This document shows positions 29,534-39,268 of a stretch of DNA of 64,000 bases, one piece after another; within the stretch, counting starts at the first letter, position 1, and every line of letters begins with the position of its first letter. The stretch covers positions 1,568,001-1,632,000 of the forward strand of contig CBDFLJ010000001.1 of assembly GCA_965248835.1 (NCBI GenBank), written 5' to 3'. This DNA comes from Alphaproteobacteria bacterium. GTDB taxonomy: Bacteria > Pseudomonadota > Alphaproteobacteria > MPNO01. The position numbers were made by a program, and so were the translations under genes. Under the pieces are notes generated by a model, which was not told the DNA's origin, ran no database searches, and saw only the letters and a program-made list of their open reading frames with translations.

Positions 29534-30756
29534 CCACGCGCTCCTGGCGGACACCCTTCGTGGTGCTGCTCTGCGGCACGCTGGTGATGGCGGTCACCTT
29601 CGGGGTCCGCATGACTTACGGGCTTTGGCTGGCGCCGGCGAGCGAAGGGCTCGGCTGGGGGATCGGGACGTTGTCGTTCGCGATGGCGATCCAGTCGCTG
29701 GTCTGGGGCATCGCGACCCCTCTGCTGGGCGCCATCGCCGACCGTTGGGGCACCGGCCGCGTGGTGGTCGGCGCCGGGCTCTCCTTCGCGTTGGGCCTTC
29801 TGGTCATGGCCAATGCGACGACGCGGCTCGAAGCGATCCTGGGGATCGGCGTCCTGACCGGGATCGCCATGGCCGGCTCGATGGCCCCGATCGTCCTGAC
29901 CGCGATCAGCCGGGTGGTCCATGACGAGAAGAAGCGCGGCATGTATGCCGGGATCGCCAGTGCCGGCGGATTCTCCGGCCAGATCGTGCTGGTGCCCCTG
30001 ACCCAATCGATCATGGATGCCTCCGATTGGACCACGACCCTGGTCGTGCTCGCCGGGGTTGCCGCCGTGATGGTGCCGCTGGCCGCGGGGCTGGTGACCG
30101 GGCGGCCTGAGTCCGCGTCGGCCGCAACCGGGCTGTCGTTCCGCGGCGCCCTGGGCGAGGCCTTCACCCATCGCGGCTACCTGCTGCTGAGCGCCGGCTA
30201 TTTCGTCTGCGGCTTCCAGACCCTGTTCATCGGGACGCATTTTCCGGTCATGCTGAGCCAGTATGACGTCTCGCCGGACATGGGCGCCTGGGCGATCGCA
30301 CTGATCGGCCTGTTCAACGTCATCGGCTGCCTGTTCTGGGGCGCGCTCGGCGGACGGCGGCGCAAGAAGTTTCTGCTGGCCTGGCTGTACATCCTGCGCT
30401 CGGTGGTGATGACGGTATTCATCCTGCTGCCGGTCAGCGATGCGAGCGTCGCCATCTTCGCCTCGGCCATCGGCCTGTTGTGGCTCGGCACCGTGCCGCT
30501 GACCGGCGGGTTGGTCGCTCAGATCTTCGGCGTCCGCTACATGGCGACGCTGTTCGGGTTTTCGTTCTTGGTCCATCAGCTCGGCAGCTTCATCGGGATT
30601 TGGGCCGGCGGCTGGTTGTTCGAAGTCACCGGCAGCTATCTCGTGATCTGGTGGGCCTCGATCGTGCTGGGTGTGCTCGCTGCGGCCTTCAACCTGCCGG
30701 TCGACGACCGCCCGGTCAAACGCACGGCGGCTGTGCCGGCAGGTTCGGCCGCCTGA
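29530..30756 (+). CDS. MFS transporter
   Basis: GAIADRWG, GYFVCGFQ, GLLWLGTVP, TLFG..F..HQLGSF.G.W.GG. Confidence 0.9.
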   Translation: MTTRSWRTPFVVLLCGTLVMAVTFGVRMTYGLWLAPASEGLGWGIGTLSFAMAIQSLVWGIATPLLGAIADRWGTGRVVVGAGLSFALGLLVMANATTRLEAILGIGVLTGIAMAGSMAPIVLTAISRVVHDEKKRGMYAGIASAGGFSGQIVLVPLTQSIMDASDWTTTLVVLAGVAAVMVPLAAGLVTGRPESASAATGLSFRGALGEAFTHRGYLLLSAGYFVCGFQTLFIGTHFPVMLSQYDVSPDMGAWAIALIGLFNVIGCLFWGALGGRRRKKFLLAWLYILRSVVMTVFILLPVSDASVAIFASAIGLLWLGTVPLTGGLVAQIFGVRYMATLFGFSFLVHQLGSFIGIWAGGWLFEVTGSYLVIWWASIVLGVLAAAFNLPVDDRPVKRTAAVPAGSAA

Positions 30757-30911
30757 GCCCGGCGTTCTGGCTCGGCGGTGGGATCGACGATGCCGCCGGC
30801 TCCTATGACAGCTTCTGGTGGGTTGCCATCGTCATGGGCCTGTTCGCCGCCCTGATCCACTGGCCGATCGACGACAAGCCGCTGGCCCGCCGCGCGGAGC
30901 AGGCGCGCTGA
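30757..30911 (+). pseudogene. Orphan C-terminal fragment of a paralogous MFS gene
   Basis: WLGG..D.AGSYD..WWVAIVMGLFAALIHWPIDDKP aligns by eye with the preceding gene's end WAGG..E.TGSY...WWASIVLGVLAAAFNLPVDDRP. Confidence 0.7.
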
Positions 30912-31047
30912 TGCTGCGCGACCGATCGTTGGCGCTTGTCCGCAACGCGGCCCGGCGCCGCACCGCCGGCCGATTGACAACGCTTGCGGACGGCCCCTGA
31001 ATCCGTCGCCGAGCCCAGACCGGGCCACGTTCAACAGGGAGCGCGCA

Positions 31048-31728
31048 ATGCCGAGCACCGACATCACCTACAAGACCCGCGACGGGGAGACGTTCGACGG
31101 CTATCTCGCCACGCCCGAGGCCGTCGGTCCGGCGCCGGGCATCCTGCTGATCACCGCGATCTTCGGCATCGACGACGAGATGAAGGCGCTGTCCGACGCC
31201 TGGGCCGCGGACGGGTTCATCGTCTCGGTGCCGGACATCTTCTGGCGGGTGATGCCGGGTCCGACCGCGGATATGGAAAAGGCCTTCGCACGCTACGGGG
31301 CGTTCGACCAGGACCAGGGCGTGCGCGACATCGAAGACCTGATCAAGGACCTCAAGGCGCGGCCGGGGTGCAACGGCAAGGTGGCGATGCTGGGGTTCTG
31401 CTTCGGCGGGCTCTATGCCCATCTCGGCGCGGCGCGGCTGGGCATCGATGCGGCGGGCTCCTTCCACGGCACCAAGATCGGCGAGTACGCCGAAGAGGCG
31501 GCCAAGGTCACCTGCCCGGTGAGCTTCCACTTCGGCGACGAGGACCCGGTGGTGCCGATGGACGAGGTCGAGGCGATCCGCAAGGCCTATTCGGGCCACG
31601 CCAATGCGGAGATCGTCGTCCATCCGGGTGCGACCCACAACTTCTCGATGCCATACAAGGACGGCTATCAGGAAGCTGCGGCCAAGGCCTCGCGCGAGGC
31701 CGTGCTGCGCTGCTTCAAGTCGATGTAG
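31048..31728 (+). CDS. Dienelactone hydrolase family protein
   Basis: IFG, VPDIFWR, GFCFGG nucleophile, FG..D..VP, HPGATH.F. Confidence 0.9.
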   Translation: MPSTDITYKTRDGETFDGYLATPEAVGPAPGILLITAIFGIDDEMKALSDAWAADGFIVSVPDIFWRVMPGPTADMEKAFARYGAFDQDQGVRDIEDLIKDLKARPGCNGKVAMLGFCFGGLYAHLGAARLGIDAAGSFHGTKIGEYAEEAAKVTCPVSFHFGDEDPVVPMDEVEAIRKAYSGHANAEIVVHPGATHNFSMPYKDGYQEAAAKASREAVLRCFKSM

Positions 31729-31734
31729 CCTGCG

Positions 31735-32211
31735 TCAACCGGCGTCCTGCAAGGTGCGGCCGGGGAGGGTCCAGCGCTGCTCGGCGGCGCTGTCGTCTTC
31801 CTTGGCCTCGACCCAGCGCTCGCCGTCCGGTGTGGCCTCGAGCTTCCAGAACGGCGCCTTGGTCTTCAGCCAGTCGATCAGGAAGTGGCAGGCATCGATC
31901 GCCGTCTCGCGGTGGGCGGCGGTGGTCGCGACCAGGACGATGCGCTCGCCCGGCTCCAGCCTCCCGTAGCGGTGGATGATCAGCACGTCGATCAGCTCCC
32001 AGCGCTCGCGCGCCTCGGCCTCGAGCTTTTCGAGCTGGCGCTCGGTCATGCCGGGATAGTGCTCCAGCGTCATCGCGCTGATCCGGTCAGCGCCGGAGAT
32101 ATCGCGCACCATGCCGACGAAGCTCGACAGCGCGCCGGCATCCGTCTTGCCGCCGCACAGCGCGTCGAACTCGGCGCCGATGTCGAAGTCGTGCTTCTGG
32201 ACCCGGATCAT
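31735..32211 (-). CDS. moaE: Molybdopterin synthase catalytic subunit
   Basis: LEHYPGMT, HRYG.L.PGE.IVLV, AHR, DWLKTKAPFWK. Confidence 0.95.
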   Translation of the reverse strand: MIRVQKHDFDIGAEFDALCGGKTDAGALSSFVGMVRDISGADRISAMTLEHYPGMTERQLEKLEAEARERWELIDVLIIHRYGRLEPGERIVLVATTAAHRETAIDACHFLIDWLKTKAPFWKLEATPDGERWVEAKEDDSAAEQRWTLPGRTLQDAG

Positions 32212-32215
32212 CGGC

Positions 32216-32467
32216 CTATCCTCCGGTCATCGGCGGGAACAGCGCAACCTCGTCGTCGCCGGCGACCGGCGCATCGAAGCCGCAGAGCTCCTGGTTGACG
32301 GCAACACGGATCGCCCGGCGGTCCTCCAGCGCGTGGTCATAGGGCGCGCCGCGCGCGCACAGCCATTCGATCAGCGAATCGACGTCGGCGACCTCGGCGG
32401 GTGTTACGATCGTCTCGCGGTGCACGCCGATGCGCGCCCGCACCCGCCCGAAATAGAGCAGCTCCAT
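32216..32467 (-). CDS. moaD: Molybdopterin synthase sulfur carrier subunit
   Basis: LLYF..VR..IG, RVAVNQ, DEVALFPPMTGG C-terminus. Confidence 0.95.
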   Translation of the reverse strand: MELLYFGRVRARIGVHRETIVTPAEVADVDSLIEWLCARGAPYDHALEDRRAIRVAVNQELCGFDAPVAGDDEVALFPPMTGG

Positions 32468-33720
32468 CAACTCACCTCGCTGAACGGGATGAAATCGACC
32501 ATGGCGCCGGGCGCCAGCTCGCCGAGGGCTTCGGGCAGCTCGACCAGCCCGTCGGCCTCGACCATCGAGGACAGGATGCCGGCCCCGTCGCGCGGGAACT
32601 TCCGCACCGCCAGCGCTCCGTCCTCGTCGGTAAACAGGCTCACCCGCAGCCATTCGCGCCGCGAGACCTTCTTGCTGTAGCCGAAGGCCGCGCGCACCGG
32701 GAACATGTGCGGCGGCGCATCTTCCGCTCCGGCCAGGCGCAGGATTGCCGGACGGGCGAAGCGCATGAAGGTCACCATCACCGCGACCGGGTTGCCGGGC
32801 AGGCCGACGAACGGCACGCGGCCGACCTGGCCCAGGGCCAGGGGCCGACCCGGGCGGATCGCAAGGCGCCAGAAATGGATCCGGCCCAAATCCTCGACGG
32901 CCGCGCGGACATGGTCTTCCTCGCCGGTCGAGACCCCGCCCGAGGTCATGATCAGATGATGGCTGGCGGCCGCCTCGGCCAGCGCCGCACGCACCGCCTC
33001 CAGGCGATCGGGCAGGATGCCGAGATCGTCGACCTCGCACCCCAGCCCGCCCAAGAGGCCGGCGATGGCGTAGCGGTTGGCGTCATAGATGCAGCCGGGC
33101 GGCAGGTCGTCGGTCACTTCGCGGACTTCGTCGCCGGTCGAGAACAGCGCGACGCGGAGCGGCCGGTAGACCGAAAGGCTCGCCCTTCCGACCGAGGCGG
33201 CGAGCCCGACATCCTGCGCCCGGAGCCGCCGTCCGGCGCGCAAGATGGTGGTGCCCGCGGCGATATCCTCGCCCGCGCGGCGCCGGTTCGCACCGCGCTT
33301 GATGCCCGGCGGCACGATGACGGTGGCGCCGTCCAGCGCGCAGTCTTCCTGCATCAGGACGGTGTCCGGACCGCTGGGCATCGGCGCGCCGGTGAAGATG
33401 CGCACCGCCTCGCCGCGGGAAACGACCCGGTCGGTCATCCGCCCGGCGGCGATCCGCTCGCCGACGCGGAGCCTGGTGTCGCCGCCGGTTTCGAGATCGT
33501 CGAAATAGACCGCGTAGCCGTCAACCGCGGCGTTGTCGTGCGGCGGCACCGCGACGGGGGCAAGCACGTCTTCTGCGAGAATCCGGCCGCATGCCGCCTT
33601 GAGCGCGACCGGTTCGGGCTCGACCACGACCTCAAGCCGTGCGCCCAGCAGGTCGAGCGCCTCGCCCGCGGTCATCAACTCGCCGCCGAAGGCGAAGCAG
33701 TCGTCGGAAAGCTGGGCCAT
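32467..33720 (-). CDS. moeA: Molybdopterin molybdotransferase
   Basis: MAQLSDDCF, PPHDNAAVDGYA, RIFTGAPMP, STGDE, TSGGVSTGEED, GLPGNP. Confidence 0.95.
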   Translation of the reverse strand: MAQLSDDCFAFGGELMTAGEALDLLGARLEVVVEPEPVALKAACGRILAEDVLAPVAVPPHDNAAVDGYAVYFDDLETGGDTRLRVGERIAAGRMTDRVVSRGEAVRIFTGAPMPSGPDTVLMQEDCALDGATVIVPPGIKRGANRRRAGEDIAAGTTILRAGRRLRAQDVGLAASVGRASLSVYRPLRVALFSTGDEVREVTDDLPPGCIYDANRYAIAGLLGGLGCEVDDLGILPDRLEAVRAALAEAAASHHLIMTSGGVSTGEEDHVRAAVEDLGRIHFWRLAIRPGRPLALGQVGRVPFVGLPGNPVAVMVTFMRFARPAILRLAGAEDAPPHMFPVRAAFGYSKKVSRREWLRVSLFTDEDGALAVRKFPRDGAGILSSMVEADGLVELPEALGELAPGAMVDFIPFSEVS

Positions 33721-33721
33721 C

Positions 33722-34249
33722 TCAGACCGCTCCTCGATCCGCACCGTCGAGTCCGCAGTGCCGCAAGATGAAATCGGCGACCGCGGCGGCGTCGCCGAGA
33801 TCGAGCACCGGCACCGTGGCGTCCGGCACCGGTTCGTCGCTCGCCACTGCCACGACATCGGGGTCGTTCGTGAACAGCACCGTCTTGCCGAGCGAGGGGC
33901 GGTGGACCTCGAGCTTGTCGTGCGGGTCGGACTTGTAACCCTCGATCAGCACCAGGTCGACCGGTGCCATGCGGGCCAGGAGACCAGCGATGCGCGGCTC
34001 CGGCTCGCCGCGGTTTTCGTGCATCAGTGCGAACCGGTTGGCCGAGGAGACCACGACCTCGCGCGCGCCGGCCATGCGGTGGGTATGGGAATCCTTGCCC
34101 GGGGTGTCGATATCGAAGCCCGAATGGGCGTGCTTGATGGTCGAGACCGCGTAGCCGCGCCCGACCAGCTCGCCCAGAACGTGCTTCACCAATGTGGTCT
34201 TTCCGCTGCCGCTCCAGCCAACGATTCCAAGCACCGCCCGGTGGGACAT
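33722..34249 (-). CDS. mobB: Molybdopterin-guanine dinucleotide biosynthesis protein B
   Basis: GWSGSGKTT, IKHAH..FD.D.PGKDS, DLVLIEGYK. Confidence 0.95.
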   Translation of the reverse strand: MSHRAVLGIVGWSGSGKTTLVKHVLGELVGRGYAVSTIKHAHSGFDIDTPGKDSHTHRMAGAREVVVSSANRFALMHENRGEPEPRIAGLLARMAPVDLVLIEGYKSDPHDKLEVHRPSLGKTVLFTNDPDVVAVASDEPVPDATVPVLDLGDAAAVADFILRHCGLDGADRGAV

Positions 34250-34253
34250 TCTC

Positions 34254-34841
34254 CTACTTTCCCGCGCCGCTGCCCGCCCTGGTGTCCTCTTCGAGGATGT
34301 AGCGCAGGCCGGCGCGCAGATAATCATAGCCGGTGGTCAGGGTGAGCAGCGCGGCCAGCCACAACAGCACCTCACCGATGCCGACCACCGGGATCGCGTC
34401 CGGCCCGGCATCGCCGACAAGCAGTATCGCAATAGCCGTCATTTGGATCGTGGTCTTCCATTTGGCAAGCCGGCTGACCGGCACGCCGATCTTGATGGCG
34501 GCGAGGAACTCCCGCAATCCCGAGATCAGGATCTCGCGGCACAGGATCACCAGGGCCGGCAGGACCGCAAGCCCCGAGATGTGGCCGAACGCGACCATCA
34601 TCATCAGCGTGGAGGCGACCAGAAGCTTGTCCGCCAGCGGGTCGAGGAACCGTCCGAAGGCCGACTGCTGGCCGAGCCGCCGCGCCAGATAGCCGTCGAA
34701 ATAGTCGGTCATGCCGGCGATGGTGAACATGCCGAAGGCGATCCAGTTGCCGAGCGTCCCGCCGAGGAACAACGCGGCGACCAGCACCGGAATGACGGCA
34801 ATCCTAAACAGGGTCAGGATATTGGGTAGGTTGCTCGCCAT
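34254..34841 (-). CDS. pgsA: CDP-diacylglycerol--glycerol-3-phosphate 3-phosphatidyltransferase
   Basis: LPNILT..RI, TDYFDGYLAR, FG.FLDPLADKLLV, REILISGLRE. Confidence 0.96.
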   Translation of the reverse strand: MASNLPNILTLFRIAVIPVLVAALFLGGTLGNWIAFGMFTIAGMTDYFDGYLARRLGQQSAFGRFLDPLADKLLVASTLMMMVAFGHISGLAVLPALVILCREILISGLREFLAAIKIGVPVSRLAKWKTTIQMTAIAILLVGDAGPDAIPVVGIGEVLLWLAALLTLTTGYDYLRAGLRYILEEDTRAGSGAGK

Positions 34842-34887
34842 TGTCCTGCCGCACTCAACCGCGCCGCGGATCGCAGCCGGAATCGTG

Positions 34888-36852
34888 TTATGGCCCACCA
34901 CGGAAATGATCGTAAACCCGTTTTGCGACGGTCCGACTGATGCCCTCGACGGTCTCCAGGTCGGTCAGGCCTGCCTTGGCGACGCCCGCAGCCGAGCCGA
35001 AATGGTTGAGCAGCGCCCGCTTCCGGCGCGCGCCGATGCCCTGGATCTCATCGAGCGGAGATGCCGTGATCGCCTTCGAGCGCCGCGCCCGGTGGGACCC
35101 GACGGCGAAACGGTGGGCCTCATCGCGCAGCCGCTGCATGAAATATAGCACCGGGTCGTTGGGCGGCAGCATGAAAGGCGCCCGGCCGGCCATATGGAAC
35201 CGCTCGCGCCCGGCGTCGCGGTCGGGTCCCTTGGCAATACAGACCAGCGCCAGGTCATCGATCCCCAGGTCGGCCATCACCTCGCCGACCGCGCCGAGCT
35301 GGCCCGGCCCGCCGTCGACCACCACCAGATCGGGCCAGCCGCCGCCCTCGCGGCCCGGGTCCTCGCGGATCGTGCGCGCGAAGCGCCGGTGCAGCACCTC
35401 GCGCATCATCGCATAGTCGTCGCCGGGCGCGATCTCGCCGGATCGGATATTGAACTTTCGATAGGCGCTCTTCACGAAGCCCTCGGGCCCGGCGACGATC
35501 ATCGCGCCCAGCGCGTTCGATCCGGAGATATGGCTGTTGTCGAACACCTCGATCCGGTTGGGCGCGCCGTCCAGCCCGAAAAGCTCGGCCGCGCCGTCGA
35601 GCAGCCGGCGCTGGGCCGAGCTCTCCGCGAGCCGGCGGCCGAGCGATTCGCGGGTGTTGGCAATCGCCGTGTCCAGCAGCTTGCGCCGCGTCCCGCGGAC
35701 CGGCACCGACAGCGCGACCCGCCTGCCGGCGCGGATCGCCAGCGCCTCGCCGAGCAGCGCCGAATCGCTCGGCTCAGCGCTCACGAGCACCAGCGGCGGC
35801 GGCCGCTTGTCGCTGTAGAACTGCCCCAGGAAGGCGGCCAGGACGAGCTGGACCGGCTGGTCCTTGGCCTGGGCCGGGAAGTAGGTGCGGTTGCCGTAAT
35901 TCTGGCCGGCGCGGAAGAAAAAGACCTGAATGCATGTCTGGCCGGCCTCCTGGGCCGCGGCCACCACGTCCGCGGTGCCCAGCGAGCGCACGTTGACGTC
36001 CTGATGGGCCTGGATCTCCGACAGCGCGCGGATGCGGTCGCGGTAGACCGCCGCGGTCTCGAACTCCAGCGCCCGGCTCGCTGCCTCCATCCGCGCGGAC
36101 AGGAACTGCCGCAGGTTGTGGCTGCGTCCGGCGAGAAATGCGCGCGCCTGCTCGACGATGTCGGCGTACGCGTCCGCATCGATGCGGCCGACGCAGGGCG
36201 CCGAGCAGCGCTTGATCTGATATTGCAGGCACGGCCGGGTGCGTCCGGCGAACACCGAATCCGAGCACGAGCGCAGCGGGAAGACTTTCTGCAACGCCGA
36301 CAACGTGCGGTTGACCGCCCCGGGCGAGGCGAAGGGGCCGAAATATTCGCCCTTGCGGCTGCGCGCTCCGCGGTGCTTGAGGAGCTGCGGCCATTCGTGA
36401 TCGGCGGTCAGCAGGATGTGCGGGAACGACTTGTCGTCCCGCATGAGGATGTTGTAGCGCGGCTTCTGCTGCTTGATCATGTTGCTTTCCAGCAGCAGCG
36501 CTTCGACCTCCGTATGGGTGGTGATGACTTCGAGCGATTGGGTCTGGGCGATCATGCGATGCAGCCGCGGCGGCAGCCGGCCGGGCCTGGTGTAGGCGCT
36601 GACCCGCTTGCGCAGGTTCTTCGCCTTGCCGATATAGAGCGGCGTGCCCTGGTCATCGAGCATGCGATAGACCCCGGGCGCGGACGGCAGGGTCCTGAGC
36701 TGGGCGGCGATCGCGTCCACGCCGACGGCCAGCGTTTCGGCCCAGCGGATCTCCAGCGACGGCTCCGACGCCGCGCTGCGGCGCGCTCCGGAGCCGCTCG
36801 GAGGCCCGGCGGTGGCCGAAATTTCGTCTCGTCTCGTCCCGTTTCCGCCCAT
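34888..36852 (-). CDS. uvrC: Excinuclease ABC subunit C
   Basis: [53 protein letters not shown], HhH; start uncertain. Confidence 0.96.
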   Translation of the reverse strand: MGGNGTRRDEISATAGPPSGSGARRSAASEPSLEIRWAETLAVGVDAIAAQLRTLPSAPGVYRMLDDQGTPLYIGKAKNLRKRVSAYTRPGRLPPRLHRMIAQTQSLEVITTHTEVEALLLESNMIKQQKPRYNILMRDDKSFPHILLTADHEWPQLLKHRGARSRKGEYFGPFASPGAVNRTLSALQKVFPLRSCSDSVFAGRTRPCLQYQIKRCSAPCVGRIDADAYADIVEQARAFLAGRSHNLRQFLSARMEAASRALEFETAAVYRDRIRALSEIQAHQDVNVRSLGTADVVAAAQEAGQTCIQVFFFRAGQNYGNRTYFPAQAKDQPVQLVLAAFLGQFYSDKRPPPLVLVSAEPSDSALLGEALAIRAGRRVALSVPVRGTRRKLLDTAIANTRESLGRRLAESSAQRRLLDGAAELFGLDGAPNRIEVFDNSHISGSNALGAMIVAGPEGFVKSAYRKFNIRSGEIAPGDDYAMMREVLHRRFARTIREDPGREGGGWPDLVVVDGGPGQLGAVGEVMADLGIDDLALVCIAKGPDRDAGRERFHMAGRAPFMLPPNDPVLYFMQRLRDEAHRFAVGSHRARRSKAITASPLDEIQGIGARRKRALLNHFGSAAGVAKAGLTDLETVEGISRTVAKRVYDHFRGGP

Positions 36853-36879
36853 CGGGTCACCAACGCGACTCTTGCGGGT

Positions 36880-36899
36880 TAGAGCATGTTCCGAACACG
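36880..36899. repeat. Short palindromic repeat family, copy 2
   Basis: TAGAGCATGTTCCGAACACG in the folB-uvrC spacer. Confidence 0.4.
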
Positions 36900-36908
36900 G
36901 TGTACCAT

Positions 36909-37307
36909 TCAAGCGGTTCGGCTCGTCCCGCTGATCCGTTCGATTTCGACGCCCACGCTGTCCATGTCGGCAAATACATCGAGCTTCTCGACGCGCACAC
37001 GCGCACGTTGCACACGCGCATCCGACAGGCAGATTTCGGCGATCCGCTCGGCAAGCGTCTCGACCAGGTTTACGTGGCCCGCCTCGGCCAGGCCGCGCAG
37101 GCCGAGGACCAGGGTTTCGTAGTTGACGACATCGGCAAGGCGGTCCGTCGGCGCGATGTCCGGCTCGGCGACCTCGAGGTCGAGATTGATCCGGACCCTC
37201 TGCTTGCCATTGCGCTCGTGGCGGTAGACGCCGATCCGGCACTCCAGGACGAGGTCGCGCACCAACATGCGCCGCCTCGCGCCGGCGGTCTGGGGTCCTG
37301 CGTTCAT
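36909..37307 (-). CDS. folB: Dihydroneopterin aldolase
   Basis: IGVY.HE...[28 protein letters not shown]...SVGVEIER. Confidence 0.92.
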   Translation of the reverse strand: MNAGPQTAGARRRMLVRDLVLECRIGVYRHERNGKQRVRINLDLEVAEPDIAPTDRLADVVNYETLVLGLRGLAEAGHVNLVETLAERIAEICLSDARVQRARVRVEKLDVFADMDSVGVEIERISGTSRTA

Positions 37308-38077
37308 TCGGCGACCGGTCCGGCACCGGCGCGCGGTTGCGCCCAGCCGAGATGCTGCCCGCCGTCGAGCGCGACCATCTGGCCGGTCATCGCCGGCGCC
37401 TCGAGGATGAAAGCCACCGCGCGGGCGACCTCTTCGGGCGTGGTCCCCCGGCCCAGCGGCATCATCGCCGCCTGCCGGTCGAACTGGGCGCGCGACTGAC
37501 GCGGGCTCGGCAGCGTCGGCCCGGGTCCGATCGCGTTGACCCGGATGCGCGGTGCCAAGGCCAGCGCCATCGTCCGGGTTAGCGTCCACAGGCCCGCCTT
37601 GCTCAGGGTGTAGGAGACGAAATGGGGCGTGAGGTTCCACACCCGTTCGTCGAGGATGTTGATCACGACGCCGTCGCGTTCCGCCGGCAGGGTCTCGGCC
37701 AGCCGCTGGATGAGCACGAAGGGCGCCCGCAAATTGGTCTCCAGGTGCCGGTCCCAGCTTTCGCGCGTCGCGCTCGTGACCGAGTCGTGCTCGAAGACCG
37801 AGGCGTTGTTGACCAGAACCTCGACCGGGCCGAGTGCCTCGGCCGCGCGGCCGATCAGCGCCCCGGTCTGCGCTTCCTCGGTGAGATCGGCGGCGATCGC
37901 CACCGCGCGGCCGCCCAGCCGTTCGATTTCGCCGACCGTTTCCAGGGCGTCGCTTCGGGAGCCGCCGTAGTGGACCGCGACCGGCCGCCCGCAGCCTGCG
38001 AGGCCGAGCGCGATCGCGCGTCCGATGCGGCGCGCGGCACCTGTGACCAGCGCCGCGCCGGGCTGTGGTTCGGACAT
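37304..38077 (-). CDS. SDR oxidoreductase, pteridine reductase/FolM-like
   Basis: [42 protein letters not shown]; overlaps the folB start. Confidence 0.85.
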   Translation of the reverse strand: MSEPQPGAALVTGAARRIGRAIALGLAGCGRPVAVHYGGSRSDALETVGEIERLGGRAVAIAADLTEEAQTGALIGRAAEALGPVEVLVNNASVFEHDSVTSATRESWDRHLETNLRAPFVLIQRLAETLPAERDGVVINILDERVWNLTPHFVSYTLSKAGLWTLTRTMALALAPRIRVNAIGPGPTLPSPRQSRAQFDRQAAMMPLGRGTTPEEVARAVAFILEAPAMTGQMVALDGGQHLGWAQPRAGAGPVAE

Positions 38078-38128
38078 GGCCGCACCATTGCGCGATCGCC
38101 GGCCGCGATCAAGTGGCCGGCGGTCCTC

Positions 38129-39109
38129 TCAGGACTGGCCCGCCACGTAGGTGCCGCTGATACCCCAGAACTGGCATGTCACATAGGCGGCGTAGAGGAC
38201 GAGAAGGGCTGTGCCTTCCGCGCGGCTGAGCCGCCAGCCGGACATCAGGAACGGCAGCAGCAGAACCGTCACCCCGGCCAGCACCCACAGATCGAATGCG
38301 ATGATCTGGTCGGGGAACGGCACCGGTGTCGCGATCGCGGTGATGCCCAGGATCCCGAAGAGATTGAAGATGTTGCTGCCGATGACGTTGCCCAGGCACA
38401 CGTCGGAATGACCGCGATAGGCCGCGACCAGCGAGGTGGCCAGTTCCGGCAGCGAGGTGCCGACCGCGATCAGGGTAAGGCCGATCACCTCCTCCGGGAT
38501 GCCGGCAGCCATCGCAAGGGCGGTCGCGCCGCCGACCAACAGCTCCGCGCCCAAGCCGATCGCCGCGAAACCGCCGATGATCGCAACAGTCATCACCCAG
38601 AGCCGCTCGGGCAGGCCGGTAACCTCGTCGGCCTCCTCGCGGTGAAGCTGGGCGGCAGCATCGTCGGAGCGCATATCGCGCCACAGCGACAGGCCGATAT
38701 AGAGCGCCAGGGCGGCGACCATCAGCACGCCCTCGTGCAACTCGACCGAGCCGCTCAGGCCGATGACGATGAACACGGCCGTGATGCCGGCCATGCACAG
38801 CCCGTCCCGCCGGACCGCCTGCGGGTTGACGACGATCGGGCACACCAGGGCCGCCGCGCCCATGATCAGCATCATGTTGGCAAGGTTGCTGCCGACGACG
38901 TTGCCCACGGCGATACCGGGTGCGCCGTTCAAGGCGGCGTTCAGGCTGACCAGCAGCTCGGGCAGCGAGGTGCCGAAGCCGACGATGGTCAGCCCGATGA
39001 CCAGCGGCGAGACATCGAAACGGCGTGCCAGCGCCACCGCGCCGCGCACCACGACCTCCCCGCCGAAGAACAGCAGCACAAAACCGACGGCGAGCGACAA
39101 GAAGGTCAT
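38129..39109 (-). CDS. Calcium/sodium antiporter (YrbG family)
   Basis: Two alpha-repeats GLT.V..GTSLPEL and GN.(V/I)GSN. Confidence 0.93.
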   Translation of the reverse strand: MTFLSLAVGFVLLFFGGEVVVRGAVALARRFDVSPLVIGLTIVGFGTSLPELLVSLNAALNGAPGIAVGNVVGSNLANMMLIMGAAALVCPIVVNPQAVRRDGLCMAGITAVFIVIGLSGSVELHEGVLMVAALALYIGLSLWRDMRSDDAAAQLHREEADEVTGLPERLWVMTVAIIGGFAAIGLGAELLVGGATALAMAAGIPEEVIGLTLIAVGTSLPELATSLVAAYRGHSDVCLGNVIGSNIFNLFGILGITAIATPVPFPDQIIAFDLWVLAGVTVLLLPFLMSGWRLSRAEGTALLVLYAAYVTCQFWGISGTYVAGQS

Positions 39110-39268
39110 CGAGGCAATGTCGAACCGAGCTTGCAGGTCGGGCGCATTGAAGCCGTTTCCGACCGCGGCTGCCGCGGCGGCAAGGACCTCCTCCCGTTCC
39201 CCCCAATATGGGGGCGTGGCCGGGCCAGTTCCAGGCGCGGTATGCGGCGGGCACTTTCCTGCGGACGC

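Noticed and set aside
36853-36908. LexA (GTTC-N7-GTTC) box upstream of uvrC; also checked upstream of uvrB
   Set aside because: GTTC/GAAC half-sites are present but not at 7-nt spacing
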